Source: Camelus ferus
Taxonomy: Eukaryota
DNA length: 64,000 nucleotides
Assembly: GCF_009834535.1 (NCBI RefSeq)
Contig: NC_045696.1
Span: 94,056,001 to 94,120,000 of the forward strand
Direction: 5' to 3'
Shown here: positions 1 through 12,719 of the stretch, piece after piece
Layout of the letters: every line of letters begins with the position of its first letter
Position numbering within the stretch: position 1 is the first letter of the stretch
Position numbers and translations under genes: made by a program
Notes under the pieces: model-generated
Told to the model about the DNA's origin: nothing
Databases searched by the model: none
Seen by the model: only the letters and a program-made list of their open reading frames with translations

Positions 1-89
1 GTCTCCAGAGTAACCACTCTGAAAATTTGATAGATTTATACCCTGGTTAAAGCTGTTAATAGTATTTTTTCTTCTCCCCTGCAAATAAA

Positions 90-482
90 TTCCAAATTCC
101 TCAACATGACTTTCCATGGTCTGTTTCCAAATCCCCAGCTTCATATATCCCCTATTCTCCCACTTCACAATATGCTCTGCCATACTGAAATTTTGTTCCT
201 TGAATATATGCTATTCTCTTTTGCTTCTGAAACTTCACAGATTGTTTGCTCCAGGAAGACTTCCTTGATTTTTACCTTCTTTTTGCTCCTATACCACTCT
301 CTTCTTTCTCTACACTAAATTTGTCATTCAGTATTTCCATTGTTTCATTATCTCTTTCCTCATCCTGCTGTTAGGCTTGGTGAGGACAGTTTAAGGAGAT
401 TAGTGAACCCCTTTGTGTCACAGCCAGGAGATACTAAAATATTTGTTGTATGCGTGAAAGAAGGAATCAGTGAATAAATGAC
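90..482 (+). mobile_element. L2 LINE 3' fragment
   Basis: Pyrimidine-rich L2-like body ending in aaatatttgttg...gaatcagtgaataaatg, resembling the L2 3' terminus (tgaa repeats). Confidence 0.55.
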
Positions 483-1156
483 TATTTTGAACCTTTGTGT
501 TCTGCTTATTTCCCCGATCAAATGGTCCTCAGTAATGTGATGTGTGACCTCCCACTGGTCATATACGTATGTGGAGCAGGTAATGGCTTACACAGTGTAA
601 CCTCATGGTTTTGGAAGCATCCCTCACCAGGAATCCTCCCCAACTTCAGCCCTGGAGGCAGTGATATGACAAGCAGTGATTTTGGTCAGCTTTGGATACA
701 CAGTCAACCTCAGAAGACTAAAACAGCAATGATCTAAGTGGTGGGCAGCAGGGACAGTGACTTTAAGGAGAGAGCAATAGTTTCCACAGCCAAAGGAGAA
801 GCTGGATAATGGGTTCCAGTTATAGTGCCATTTCCTTTTTTTAAGTTTGAAGGCAGCATAAGCCCCAGCAGTGAGTGGACACTAAGATTTGTTTACATGT
901 ACATCTAGACCTAGGGTCTTCTAGAAACAGGTGGGCAATTTGGGGGAACTTGAGGTTCCCCAATTATGACTAGATGGACATATCAGACTTCTGTCTTCAC
1001 CATTAACTTGTCAGAGAAATATTACTTGAAAGTTTTATTCCCAGGCTGCTGTGACCTAGAGAGAGAGAGGTTATACCATCTTACAGGTAGTACTGTTGGA
1101 CATCTCACCAAATCACCAACCTATTAATAAAGGAAAGCTAAATTTATTAGAACTCA

Positions 1157-1725
1157 TTGTAGTAAGGGAGACCACCACCTTACCAATCCCAGCAGTGCCT
1201 CAGAAAGTGGTACAATTTTAGGGCTTTGGTGTCTGAGCTCAAAGTGGTTTGAAGTAGGTCTTTCGAGATTTAGAACTGATTTGGACTGGGCAAAGTTTAT
1301 GTTAAAATAGCTTAGAATTGGTGGACCCTGTGATACGAAGGTCTTGAAACAAGCCTTGGTAAGTAAACTTGGTTTGATAAGCAAATGTTTGCCAAGGTGA
1401 GCAGACTTTTGTCTCTGATAATTATCTGTGGGAATTTCCTGAAGCAAACAACGAAGTTTTTTTTTTTTTTTTAACATTTTTTATTGATTTATAATCATTT
1501 TACAATGTTGTGTCAAATTCCAGTGTTCAGCACAATTTTTCAGTTATTCATGGACATATACACACTCATTGTCACATTTTTTTCTCTATGAGTTTTTTTT
1601 TTTTTAAAGTTGGTTTATAGCTTTATCTTTCTTAGGCAAAGTTTCCTGGAACAGACAACTAATTCATGTTGACGTAGCTGAGCGATATTCTTAATTAAGC
1701 CATGTTAACACAGATGGTCTCAGCA
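1157..1725 (-). mobile_element. Old ERV-type LTR-like sequence, interrupted by a young L1 fragment
   Basis: LTR-like composition continuing on both sides of the 1457-1591 insertion; family not identified. Confidence 0.3.
1457..1591 (-). mobile_element. Very short 5'-truncated young L1 3' end (camelid-type 3'UTR)
   Basis: T16 tail followed by aacattttttattgatttataatcattttacaatgttgtgtcaaattccagtg; closely matches the reverse complement of ~55120-55245. Confidence 0.85.
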
Positions 1726-2029
1726 TTCATGCCTTCTAATTGTTTTCATTCTTAAATACTTTGGGACATTTATGTGTCTCAACAGTTTCCAAGAACAGGT
1801 TTTGAAAGGAAGAATGAGAGTATACAGCCTGAGAAGGGTGAAGAAGCACTACTGAAAGAGGGAAGTGTAGGCAGTATTGAGAAAATGAGGGTGACAAAAA
1901 TAAACCTACTTTTGTACAATTTTGTTTAAGGTAAGGTTCCTGCTTCAGCCAATAGAGTAATCAAACAGAGATTTGATCTTCCCTTCCAGAGATATCACCT
2001 ATAAAAACCAACTACTGCTTAAAAATTTT

Positions 2030-2274
2030 CTCTTTAAATTGAAGCATAGTTGATGTACTATATGTTACAGATATACAATAGTGATTCACAATTTTTTAAG
2101 ATTATACTCCATTTATGGCTTTTATAAAATATTGGCCATATTCCCTGGGTTGTACAATATATCCTTGTAGCTTGTTTATTTTATATGTAACAGTTTGCAC
2201 CTCTTAACCCCCATCCTTCCCCTACCCTCTCCCCACTGGTAACCACTAGTTTGTTTTCTAAATCTGTTGAGTTT
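2030..2274 (-). mobile_element. L1 3'UTR fragment
   Basis: ttgaagcatagttgatgtac...tattggccatattccctg...ctggtaaccactagtttgttttct is typical antisense L1 3' end sequence. Confidence 0.8.
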
Positions 2275-2654
2275 GACTAGCCACTGCTGTTAAGCAATTG
2301 AGACTGAAGTCTCCTAACTCAATCCAGACAGATACAACCCATGGAAATAGACATTCCATGGATAATGGTGGGCTGAGTGGTGGTCTCTCACCTACTCTTC
2401 TTTCACAGTCCATGCATTTGAACATGGTGGTGACAAGTGAAGGAATTACTATGAGGAAATGTAGTACTATGACAAAAAAGGATCTGTGTTCTGGTATTAA
2501 AATGGTTGTGGACATTTGATGAATCTGTGCTCAATGCTCTGAAACACTGCCTCCAGTCAGTACCTTAAGGTAGATCTCTCTGGTCTACTGATTTAACATG
2601 GCTGCCGTATGGTGACTGGGCATTTGCAAGACTGTCGCAACTATTAGCTCACGC

Positions 2655-2910
2655 TCTGGAGTGAGTTAGAGTTGGATATAAGTCCTTACCCAAAACCTTT
2701 TTAGTTTTGTTCTCTTAGTAAGTTGTTACTTAGTTGCAACTTAAGTTTCTCATGTACAGTTATTAGCTTCATTTTTTTCCACATAGAAAATGGCGGTGGT
2801 TAGCAGCTACCTGATATGACTGGGCTAAATAATAATAACAGCTATGTAAAACTGTCAGCTTAGTTCATAGTGTAGACTCAGTGAATGTTAGACATTATTA
2901 TTATTATTAG
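2655..2910 (+). mobile_element. MIR SINE (degraded)
   Basis: Core-like agcttcattttttccacatagaaaatggcgg and a tattattatt tail. Confidence 0.45.
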
Positions 2911-5900
2911 GTATAAAGTATGCTTTGGTGCTGTTTTGAAGATGGGAGACTTAGATACACAGACCTGGACAATAACAGAGTCAGGAGGGACCATGGAGAC
3001 TTTCTGGTCTAGCATCTTTCTGTTATGGGAGAGGAAGCTGAAGACCAAAGGGAACAAATGGTACCCAGAGGGAAAAAGCCAGTTAGTGTCAAAGGCAGGC
3101 ATCATGTTTCCATGACTTGCCTTGCAGCCCACGGGTGCCTGTGAGGGACAGCTGCAGGAAACAAGCTCTGGGTTCTGCTTGATAAACCACTTGTGCAGAG
3201 CCTTTTGTTCACTGCAGATAGTTGGAACCTGGTCTAATTTGAAGTATTTTCAGTGCAGAATTGAAAGCAGTCTGACATAATTTGACTCTTGGTGCTCAGA
3301 TCCTTTCGTTTATTGGGCATAGTCTCATTACTTGGCAATAACTGATATCTTCAGAGTGTTAAGTAAATATTTAAGATTTAAATAAGCCCTATGTGAATGC
3401 TAAGCTCATTTGTTGACACATTCTTCCCATACTCAGCAACTATTCCAGCAGCCTCTCTTGCCAAGGAAATATCAAATACTGTTGAAAGAAAAAAACAGCT
3501 GCAAATATCAAAAACCTGGCTTTTAAAGGGGTTTCCAAAATAAATGGCTGAAGAACCTAGAAAGTGATTTTATGGTGATATAAAACATACCTTTAAGATA
3601 TTATAACTTCTAGTCTTAAATCAGTAAAATTTTATTGAGCACTTGCTTTGTACAAAGCACTGGAAGTGATTTAAAGACATGTTATTTTTGCCTTTGAAGT
3701 GCTAACAATTTAGTAGGACAAATAAGATGTAAGTAAATTAATCAAAAGTTACATAATAAAATGCAATTCAAATAGCATTTGAAGATGAAAACCAGAGGGC
3801 ATTGTTAGGCAGAGCCTGATGAATTGCCAAATGAATGGTGCAGTGGATGTTTGCTCATTCTGCCTTCCCCCTCATTTCAGGGCAGTGCCTGATTCTGGCT
3901 TTAGAATTATTTTTCCCATGCAGTTTTGGGGAGCTGTAAATCCAGGTGCTCTGCATTTCTTAGGACCAGCATGACTTCCAGAGTGAATCAAGGACCGACA
4001 GTGTTTATAAAATTGTTGATCCCACTGGATGACTTAATTGCTGATCTTTGCTGAACCATTCATCTCTAGCTTTCTAGTCAATTCTTCTGCTATTACCTGG
4101 GAATAAACTCCTTTTCTTCATGAATACATTAGATTTGGCATACATGATAATGGCAGATTGAAGGGAAGGAGATGCCACTTTGCAGGTGTCAGGGAAGAGA
4201 GGAGGTGACATTTGAGTGGGACCTGGAAAGAGGGTGAGAGTAACTGAGCTTTCACTTTGGTGATGTTCTATTATTTCTACTTCTAGACAACCATTAGAAC
4301 CTATTTCTATAGTTTGTGGACTAATTAGAAAGCTTGTTCACAAATCCTGAGGATTGAATGCTTTGCTAATTGCAAAACCAGGGCAGTAGAGTTGGAAAAT
4401 ATTTCAGGTTTAGCTAAGTTAAAACATAGAAAAGACCGTGAAAAGACATACAGATACAACGACAGCTGACATGAGGTTTCTTTCTACCCTGAAAGTCATT
4501 GTAGTGGTCTCATCTCAGTGTTTAAGTCTCTTTTTCTTATTTTGGTTCTGTGATACTCCATGTTTAAGAGTAGAATAAATTAATTCTTCAGTCTATTAAG
4601 ATTCAGTAAAATCTATACTTTCTCCACTGAACAGATAGAGTATTTGAAAATCATATTACTTCCCATTCAACAGTTGTTAATATTTGAAACCACATATAGT
4701 GCTTGTAAAGAGCGCTCAGACACTAGTGAATATAATTCCCAAAATTCACTTTACATGCAAAACCGTTGTATAGCTTGATTAAATAATGTATGTAAAAGTC
4801 TGTCTAGAGATACACATACACTTCCTAAGCTAGGAAGAGAAAAATACCACTACTCTGGGCTGGAATTTGGTCCAATTTCCACTCTAAAAAACAAGTTTAC
4901 TATTGACTAAATGGAAATATACTGAAGAACTGGGAAAAGGAAAATGGAGAGATTAGCAAGGACTATCTTCCCATTTTCTCTTCTAAATGCATCATTGTAT
5001 TTTTCTAAACCAAGCTCTCCTTAAATTCCAGAAAAGGAAAATATTTTTTAATGTGATTTCTGAGGGGGAAATAAGTTAGTTTTATGCTTCTGCTTGTGGA
5101 ATTAAAATACTTCCTATTTCGATTTTTATAGCAAACTGGTAATGCCCACATTTGAATTTCTGGGAAACCCTAGAATATAATACTATCCTCGTTTTGTATT
5201 TATTCCTCACGGGCTGGACGGATTTTTAAAGCATGAGGTAAATCAAGTGGGGAGATTAAAATCAGATGGTTTTGCATAGACTATCAGTAATGAGGGTTAA
5301 ACTGGCATTTTTCCATCTGCTTATTTGATTATACATTTTGTACTTATTTTTAAGGCCAAACTAGAAGAGTTGGAAAGTGTTGAAGTCCAAAGTGGAAAGC
5401 ATTTCTTAGTCATTTTCATAATGAATTTTGAATCTTTAAAATGCCCATGGCTAGACTATGCTGGGATATGATCAAGCAGGTTTTTCTTTCCTCAAGGAGT
5501 TTATTTAAAAATGTACATGTGGCAGAGGCTTCTCATTTAGCGTATCTAAGGGATATCTTTGGGAATTTTACCCTTGTCTTTTTGTGTTGCCATGGGAATG
5601 TCCATTTTTATATCTTCAGAGAGAAACTGTTTTTCAGTGTGATGGAGCAGAGAGAACACAGGTCTTATATTTAGGAAATAATGTGTCTACCTCTGGCCTT
5701 AACTCCTTCCTAGCTGGACCACTGTACATAACAGACTGAAGTTCTCCAAGCCCCAGGTTTTTGTTTTTTAAATGAAATGGAAGTAATTTTCATTCTCAAG
5801 GACTATTACGAGCACCAGAAATGAGTCCATCAGAAGATGTTTAGTACATAATAGTAATTACTATATCGATGTGATTGTGGAAAGGTGTCTTAACATATAA

Positions 5901-6168
5901 ATATTTCCTGCCTGATTCCATGCTTACATCTCTCTTAGAGAGCTTTCTGTCTTTGTCAGCTCAATCCCTGCATCGATCTGTGATATAAAATTAAAAAAAA
6001 AATAGTAGAGAAGGAGGTGATCTGAGATGTGGAAGAAAAGGAGAAAGGGTTGAAACAGAGTGTTTGCCATTTCATTTCAAAGATCTGAGGAAGTTGGGGG
6101 GTGACAGATGGCATCTTGGGCGGGTGTCAGAAAGAATTTGGTGGTATGTTGAAGGAGAGGTCCTAGAG

Positions 6169-6366
6169 CAGAGCTGTCCAATAGAAATTCCGGCAATTAT
6201 GAAATTGTTCTCCACCTGAAATGTCCAACAACATCATCACTAGCTACACGTGACTACTAAGTACATGAATGCCAGTAGAGAGACTGAGGAACTTTTAAAT
6301 TTCACTCAATTTTAATTAATTTAAATTTAAATAGCCATGTATGACCACTTTATTGGATAGCACAAG
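6169..6366 (+). mobile_element. MER3-like hAT-Charlie non-autonomous DNA transposon
   Basis: TIR-like ends cagagctgtccaata / tattggatagcacaag; internal actgaggaact...ttaatttaaatttaaatagcca; degraded TSD tcctagag/tccagag. Confidence 0.8.
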
Positions 6367-7224
6367 TCCAGAGAATCTAGGGGTTATGAGAGACTGAGGG
6401 AAGGTGAAGAGAGCAAATTTTAACAAGCATTGTCATGAACTGTGAATTAGATTCTTGATATTTCTTGAGAGATGTAACTAAAAAAATTGAAGTTCATTTG
6501 AAATTAGTTTTGAGACCTGGATTGCATATTTAGATATAGATATGACTCACAGCTGAGGACAGGACACATGGGGCCCTGACTAATATTATGGTTACATCTT
6601 CTACTCTGTAGCTCCAAATTTGGTATCAATGATGTTTCTAGTCAATACTATGACACATCACCTAAAAATTCTGTCAAAGTATTCAAATATATATTACATA
6701 TTATATATACACGGAAATTAGTACAAATATATAATCAAAGGATTATTCTGGGAAATTGATATGCAATAAATGGATTATGAAAGTATAATTTCCCCTTGCA
6801 TATTTTAAAGGGAGTTTTAATTAAAAGGCAGATTGGGCTAGAATTTTAATGATGCTAGACAGTTTCATCTTGGGGCTAGACATCTGAGATGCAATCACTT
6901 CTTTACAAACAGAATAATAGGGTTTTATTAAAGGAAACATATTCTTCTGTCATTTGCTCTATGTTAATACAACAATAGCATCACTGAACAGTCAACATTT
7001 ATCAGAGAAGGAATAATGATTTCTTTCCTTTCACATAATGGAAGTTCTAAATTGCCACATATTTCTCATTTAATTATGAATAAATTCCAAGGTGTGTGCT
7101 GTATTTATAATTGAACCATTCTGCAGTCATGTTCTTAAACACATTATAAAGTCTCCAATTTTCTCATTCTTTCCAAGAATGGGAAAGAAAAACCTCATGA
7201 AACTTAGAAAATAAATTTTTTTGT

Positions 7225-8175
7225 CTTTAAAAATTATTATGGAAATTTCCAAATATACAAGTAAGTAGAGCTAATAGTCCTGTGTACCCTTATACTGATT
7301 ACACAACTTTCATGATTGTCAACAGTCAGCTATATTTATTTCATTTCTTTTCCCCATCACTGCCACCTCTCCCCACCTTTTCTCCTTTTTGGCTGGAGTA
7401 GTTTAAAATGAATACAAAACATTATGTCATTTCACTTCTTAATATTTTAACATTAATTTCCAAAAATGTTGGAATATTTTCTAATATTGCTACAATGGCA
7501 ATATTATAAAATTTATAAATTTTTTTTAATATTATATAATACTCAACTTTCATTGATTTTCTTAAAAATGTCTTTTTACAGTTTGTTTAAATTAGGATCT
7601 ACATATAAGAGCTGGCACATTGCTTATGGTTATTATTTATCTTAAGCCTCTCTCCCCCATCTGCCCAATACTCATTTTTTTCAAGCCATTGGCATATTGA
7701 AGAAATCTCGTCCATGGACCTGTACAAAATCTCACTTCCTGGGTTTGACTGTTGCATTTTCGTGGTGTAGTTTAACTTGTTTCTCCTATTGGAAGACTTA
7801 AATTAAGATCTAAAGTCAGATTCTAATTTTTTGAACCCAAATACTTCATATATGGCATGTGTACTTCATTCGCCCAATGTAGGAGGCAGATAGTGTCCCA
7901 TTTTTATGCTAAGATTAATTCACGACTTTCAGGGGATGACACTCTGATCCTTTCACTATAAAGTTTTCCTTTAGTATGGCCCCTGATAATTTTGGCATCT
8001 GTTGATGACCACTGTCTGAATCAAATTTTTAGTTAGGAGTTACAAAATGTTGATTCTATTCCTTCTTCATTTGTTAGCTGGGATTCTTCTTTATGGAGAA
8101 CTTCCCCTTATCCATTTAATGCTATGTGGTTATTCTGCTAGTTCATTTCAAAAAAAGCAGGATAAATGCCAAGTT
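7225..8175 (-). mobile_element. Old L1M (L1MC-like) 3' fragment
   Basis: ttattatggaaatttccaaatataca...ttagctgggattcttct...aaaaagcaggataaatg resembles antisense L1MC4/5 3' ends. Confidence 0.6.
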
Positions 8176-8224
8176 ATTTATATATAATGATTAAGTTTCA
8201 GAGGAAAAAGCTGGAGTCAGAAGT

Positions 8225-8483
8225 TGATTCTGTGATGCATCACCAATGTCCCTGCAGGACTGAGACACTTACTACCTCAGCTGTGGGGAAGTTTGGATGC
8301 TGTCGGCTCACAGTTGAACCCTCCTTGGGAATGTCCTCAGCAGAAGAGCTGTCTTACTCAAGGTTATGTACCTCCCCTCCCTGGGGACAGCCAGACTCAA
8401 TGACTGGTCACTGGTATGGGGGGGCAATGTCTTGACCTGCTCTCCTTAAATCATCACAGATCTGAAAGGCCATCCAAGCTCCA
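8225..8483 (+). mobile_element. LTR16C-like ERVL LTR (5' part)
   Basis: caggactgagacacttact...cagctg...caaggttatg...caatgactgg...ctgaaaggccatccaagctcca follows the LTR16C layout. Confidence 0.7.
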
Positions 8484-9939
8484 CACATAATACCTTAATA
8501 TAAGGATAAACTAAACTCTTTATCATGTTAAAAAAGAGTTATGGTGACAAACAATATGGCTTATTTGAAATTTCTTATACCACTAATCACACAATGGCAT
8601 GTTTGCTTATAATGTATTATACTCTTTTGTATTGATTTGGTAATAGCAAGTGTGTGAGCAAAATCACAATTAAACTGGAAGGAAATTGATCTGCAGGACA
8701 TAAATGATAAGATAAAGTAATAAGAAAATAACCTTACATACAAAAGAGTGTATAATGATGCATCTGCAAAAGAAGTCACTTTTTCAACAATAAGTTTATA
8801 GCTCTTTATCTGGTGCTCAAACATGAACATTGTTTATTTTCCTATGTAATATTTGGTTCACAGTGCAGCATCCTCTTGATAATAATATGGTGTTCTATTA
8901 AATGGAATTCTCTATTGACCAGCATTTCTACATCTTTAATAATAAGTGTAAAATTAATGTTAGGAAGGATGTGAATCTGAGTCTTCACAGAAAAATCAGC
9001 ATTATTGGCAATGTCATTTTTAATTCCAAGAGTCCTCTACTTTTTTCTCATTCCATTAGAATTGGCAATAATACAGGGCATTTGTTTTCAAACTGCTTCA
9101 CAGACCAGTTTCCACCCACCTCCGATTTCCACCATGGTGAGAAGTGGAGACAAAAAAGGGAAATAAGTAGGTGGAACTCCTGCTTCAATCAGAGTAATTC
9201 CACTTTTTACTTATCTTAAATACTAGCATTTCATGCAAGCTTTCATTTGCAAAATAAAATGTTTCTGTGCTAACATCACTGTGAAAACTACTAATAAAGT
9301 ATATAGTTGCTGTAAAAAATATTTAAAAAAATGAAATATGCCATTGATTGACTAGGAAAATCATGACTATTTAAGATTTTCTATCTTTCTATCTTCCATA
9401 ATGCAGAAGTGTGTGTATATCTCATTTGTTTGCTGGATCTCTGGTGAGTTTAACATTCAGCCTCATTAGAAAATTAGTAGTACTTTTCTTTCTGATCAGA
9501 ATGGCTCTGTGAATATGGTGCAATGCAATCATACTCAACTTTATTTTAAGGGAAAATCAGTATTTTCATGAGAAATACCCAAATAAACCATGATATTTTA
9601 ATGTACAATTAAATTATTTTATATAGCAATGAAATGACAGAAAGTACTTGGATTGCAAAACACAGTGAACTCTGTGCCTATTATTGTTACCTCAGATTTT
9701 CCGGTGGGATGTAGAAGATGATCTGTTTCCAATTTAGCTTCTACTTGCCCCTTTTTTCAAGAAAAAGAACCCCTCTTTTTCATGTGTATTTCTCATCCAA
9801 AACCCTAGGACTGGCTCTTGATTTGTCTAAATGAGGATGAGCACCTAGAACACACTTAATGGCTTGTATTGGTGCATGCATCTCAGGTTTGCCCAATTCG
9901 ACACAACAAGCATCTTACCTTCTACAACTGGGGTAGATG

Positions 9940-10230
9940 TTTTCTCTGCCTTCTGCAGGATGTGATTAAGGAAGCCTCTTGTTCCAGTTCATGCTCCCTG
10001 TCAGCCATGACCGTGAGGTGGACTAGCTTCAGAGTGACGGGGACAAAAAAGCAAGGCCTGCAGAGCAGAAAAATGGAAAGAGCTCATATCCTGGTTCACA
10101 TCACTGGGCTGCTGAATCTCTAAACTCCCCCTTATGTAACATAAACATTTTTCTTATTGCTTAATCCAGTCTTATTTGAGATTTCTGTTACTTTCAGCAG
10201 AAAAAAAGAAATCCCCCAAAGCATCCTCCC
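9940..10230 (+). mobile_element. MLT1 (J/K-like) MaLR LTR fragment
   Basis: gcagagcagaaaaatggaaagagc...gctgctgaatc...tctgttactttcagcag...agcatcct. Confidence 0.6.
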
Positions 10231-11049
10231 AACAACAAAAAAACCCACCAAGTAAACAAAATGGCATTTGGGGTATAAATATAGAAGGCAGTATAATTTT
10301 TTTTTAATCCTTGATTTTAGGCTGGAATTATATTAACCCTATTCTGTGTTTAAATTCAACTCTGGACAAAAAATGTTTTCTAGGAATTCCAGAGAGACCA
10401 TGGTGCTAGAATTTAATGTTGTCGGGGAGACGCAGAAACTGATATATGACACTGGAGCCCTGCCTCTGCTAGCGTACTCTGTCATCTTGCTTGGTTCCTT
10501 ACACCTGTACTCTCTTTGACTCTCCAGTCCCTGCATTTTGTTTGCCCCTTGTATTTGCTCTCATTAAAACTGGTCCCATCAGTGAGCAGGCAACACTACT
10601 GCATGCCAGGGTTTTTCATATTTTAATTTATTTTGATGAGTCAGTGGTTTTAACATATGAATTGGCTCTCTGTGTCAAAGAAGGAATACTAAAGACATTG
10701 GGGGCAACTTTAGATAATGCAGTAGGAAATAAAGCAATGGGTAAGTACATTTCTGTAGCTTAAGTAATACCAACAGCAGGAAAAACAATAAGGATCACTA
10801 GAGGGAAGAATAAGATAATAAGATGTACCTGTGGAGCTGAGAAAGAAATTCTTTTCCAGACAATTTATTCTTGTTCAGACTAGAAGATTTTAAAAATATA
10901 TACAGTTTTTCTTGAGAAAAGCTATTAAGAAAATGTGTGGGCATGAAATTACACTGCCTGTTTCTTAAGCACGTTGTCTAGCCATACCCTCGGCCCCGGC
11001 AGGAAGTACCACCTGATCCTTCTTCAGCTTTTTTGTTTACTTTACATGC

Positions 11050-11360
11050 GCCCCGTGTGTATTCTCAACCACTCTGACGACTTCAGAGCCCCTATTAAAT
11101 AAAATTCTCTACTGAGTGGTATTTCTATATCCTTAATAATTAAATATAAAATTAATGTTAGGAAGCATGAGCAAAATCATAATTAAACTGGAATTTGTGA
11201 CTCCAAATCTTAGCTTCAGACAAGATATTTCTCCAGCTTAAGATGTATTTATTCAAATGTCTATAGGATACTGCCTCGGAATTTCTGCAGGCAACCTGTT
11301 TTTTTCAAACCCCAAACAGAATTTATTGTTTTCTCGGAAACCAGCTCCTTCATTTCTTCC
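11050..11360 (+). mobile_element. L2 ORF2 (RT region) fragment, interrupted at 11092-11193
   Basis: ctcaaccactctgacgacttcag | tgactccaaatcttagcttcagacaagatatttctcc resembles the L2 stretch encoding YADDSQIYISSPDL. Confidence 0.55.
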
Positions 11361-11507
11361 CCAAGCAAGCATTTACTAAATATTTAATATATTCCAGGCT
11401 TTGTCTTAAGAGATCCAACCTTCTGGAAGTACAGAATAGTGAGGAAACTGATACATGAAACAATTAATTGTAATGTTATGGTGCATGCAAAGCTAGCTAT
11501 AAGAAGA

Positions 11508-11685
11508 GGATGTGTGACCTTGGTCATTTGGCATGACCCTTCTGTGCCTCAGTTTCTTTATCTGTAAAATGGAGATAATTCAGTCTCCTCAGAGAGTTAA
11601 TGTGAGGATTAATCTAATCACTATATATGAAGGGCACAGAACACATTAAGCATTCAATAATTATTAGATATTGTCATTATTATCA
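11508..11685 (+). mobile_element. MIR SINE
   Basis: tgtgtgaccttgg...ctgtgcctcagtttctttatctgtaaaatggagataat core. Confidence 0.85.
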
Positions 11686-11868
11686 GTTATATTGTCCAGA
11701 AATTGAAAACTAAGCCCTAAATGTAATGTTTAATGTGAAATATTAAAGCCATTTTATCATCACTATTATATAATATTTTTCTGCAAGTACTTGCTAATGC
11801 AATTAAATGAAAACAAGATTAAATATAAAAATGGGGAAAAAAGAAGGAAATGATTATTTGCAATGATT

Positions 11869-12240
11869 TGTCTCTGTTGGCTCAGGCTGACATAACAAAA
11901 TACCATATGTTGGGTGGCTTAAACATCAAGAGATTTATTGTCTTGCAGTTTTGGAGGCTGAAAATCCTAGATCAGGGTGCCAGTGTGGTAAGGTTCTGGT
12001 GAGAACTTTCTGGCTTGAAGATGGCCACCTTCCTACTGTGTCCTCACATGGTGGAGAAAGAATAAGGAAGCTCCCTGGTTTCTCTTCTTATAAGAGCATT
12101 AATGTTATCATCAATGCCCCAGCCTCATGACCTCATGTAAACCTAACTACCTCTCAAAGGGCCCATCTCCAAGTATCATCACATTGGCAGTAAGGGTTTC
12201 AACATATGGATTTGGAGGGAATACAATTCAGTCCATAACA
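11869..12240 (-). mobile_element. MLT1A/MLT1A0 MaLR solo LTR
   Basis: Full ~370 bp, TG...CA ends; ggctgacataacaaaatacca...gggtttcaacatatggatttggaggg...attcagtccataaca. Confidence 0.88.
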
Positions 12241-12719
12241 ACTACATATATAGAAATTACAAATAACCAGCTGATAAAATAATAAAAGCAATAGGTAAGA
12301 ACTTTTTAAAGTAGCTGACTACAATATTAGTACGCAAAAAGCAATAGTTGTACAACATACAAAACACAAAACTTAGTGGAACGATTACGTTTAAAATAAT
12401 AACTAGCAATATAAAATATCTATGAATAAACTTTACCAAACTTTGTAAAATCTATGTGACAATAACTTTAAATTGCTTCTGAGGGCCCAAGACAATTTGA
12501 CCAGATATAATAATATACACCTTGTTCTCAGAGAGAAAAATACCAATACTACATAATTATAAGTTTAATATGAACCCAATAAAAATGCAGCATATTGATC
12601 TTTTATTTAACTAACTTTAATGTTCATATGGAAAATAAATGTGGAAGAATAGCCAGGAAAATTCAGAAAATAATACATAAAGCAGCATTAGTTATACCAG
12701 ACATTAACATGTGCTTATT

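Noticed and set aside
495..1140. Possible ERV internal or LTR sequence (also ~28140-28540)
   Set aside because: No recognisable retroviral peptide or consensus match by eye.
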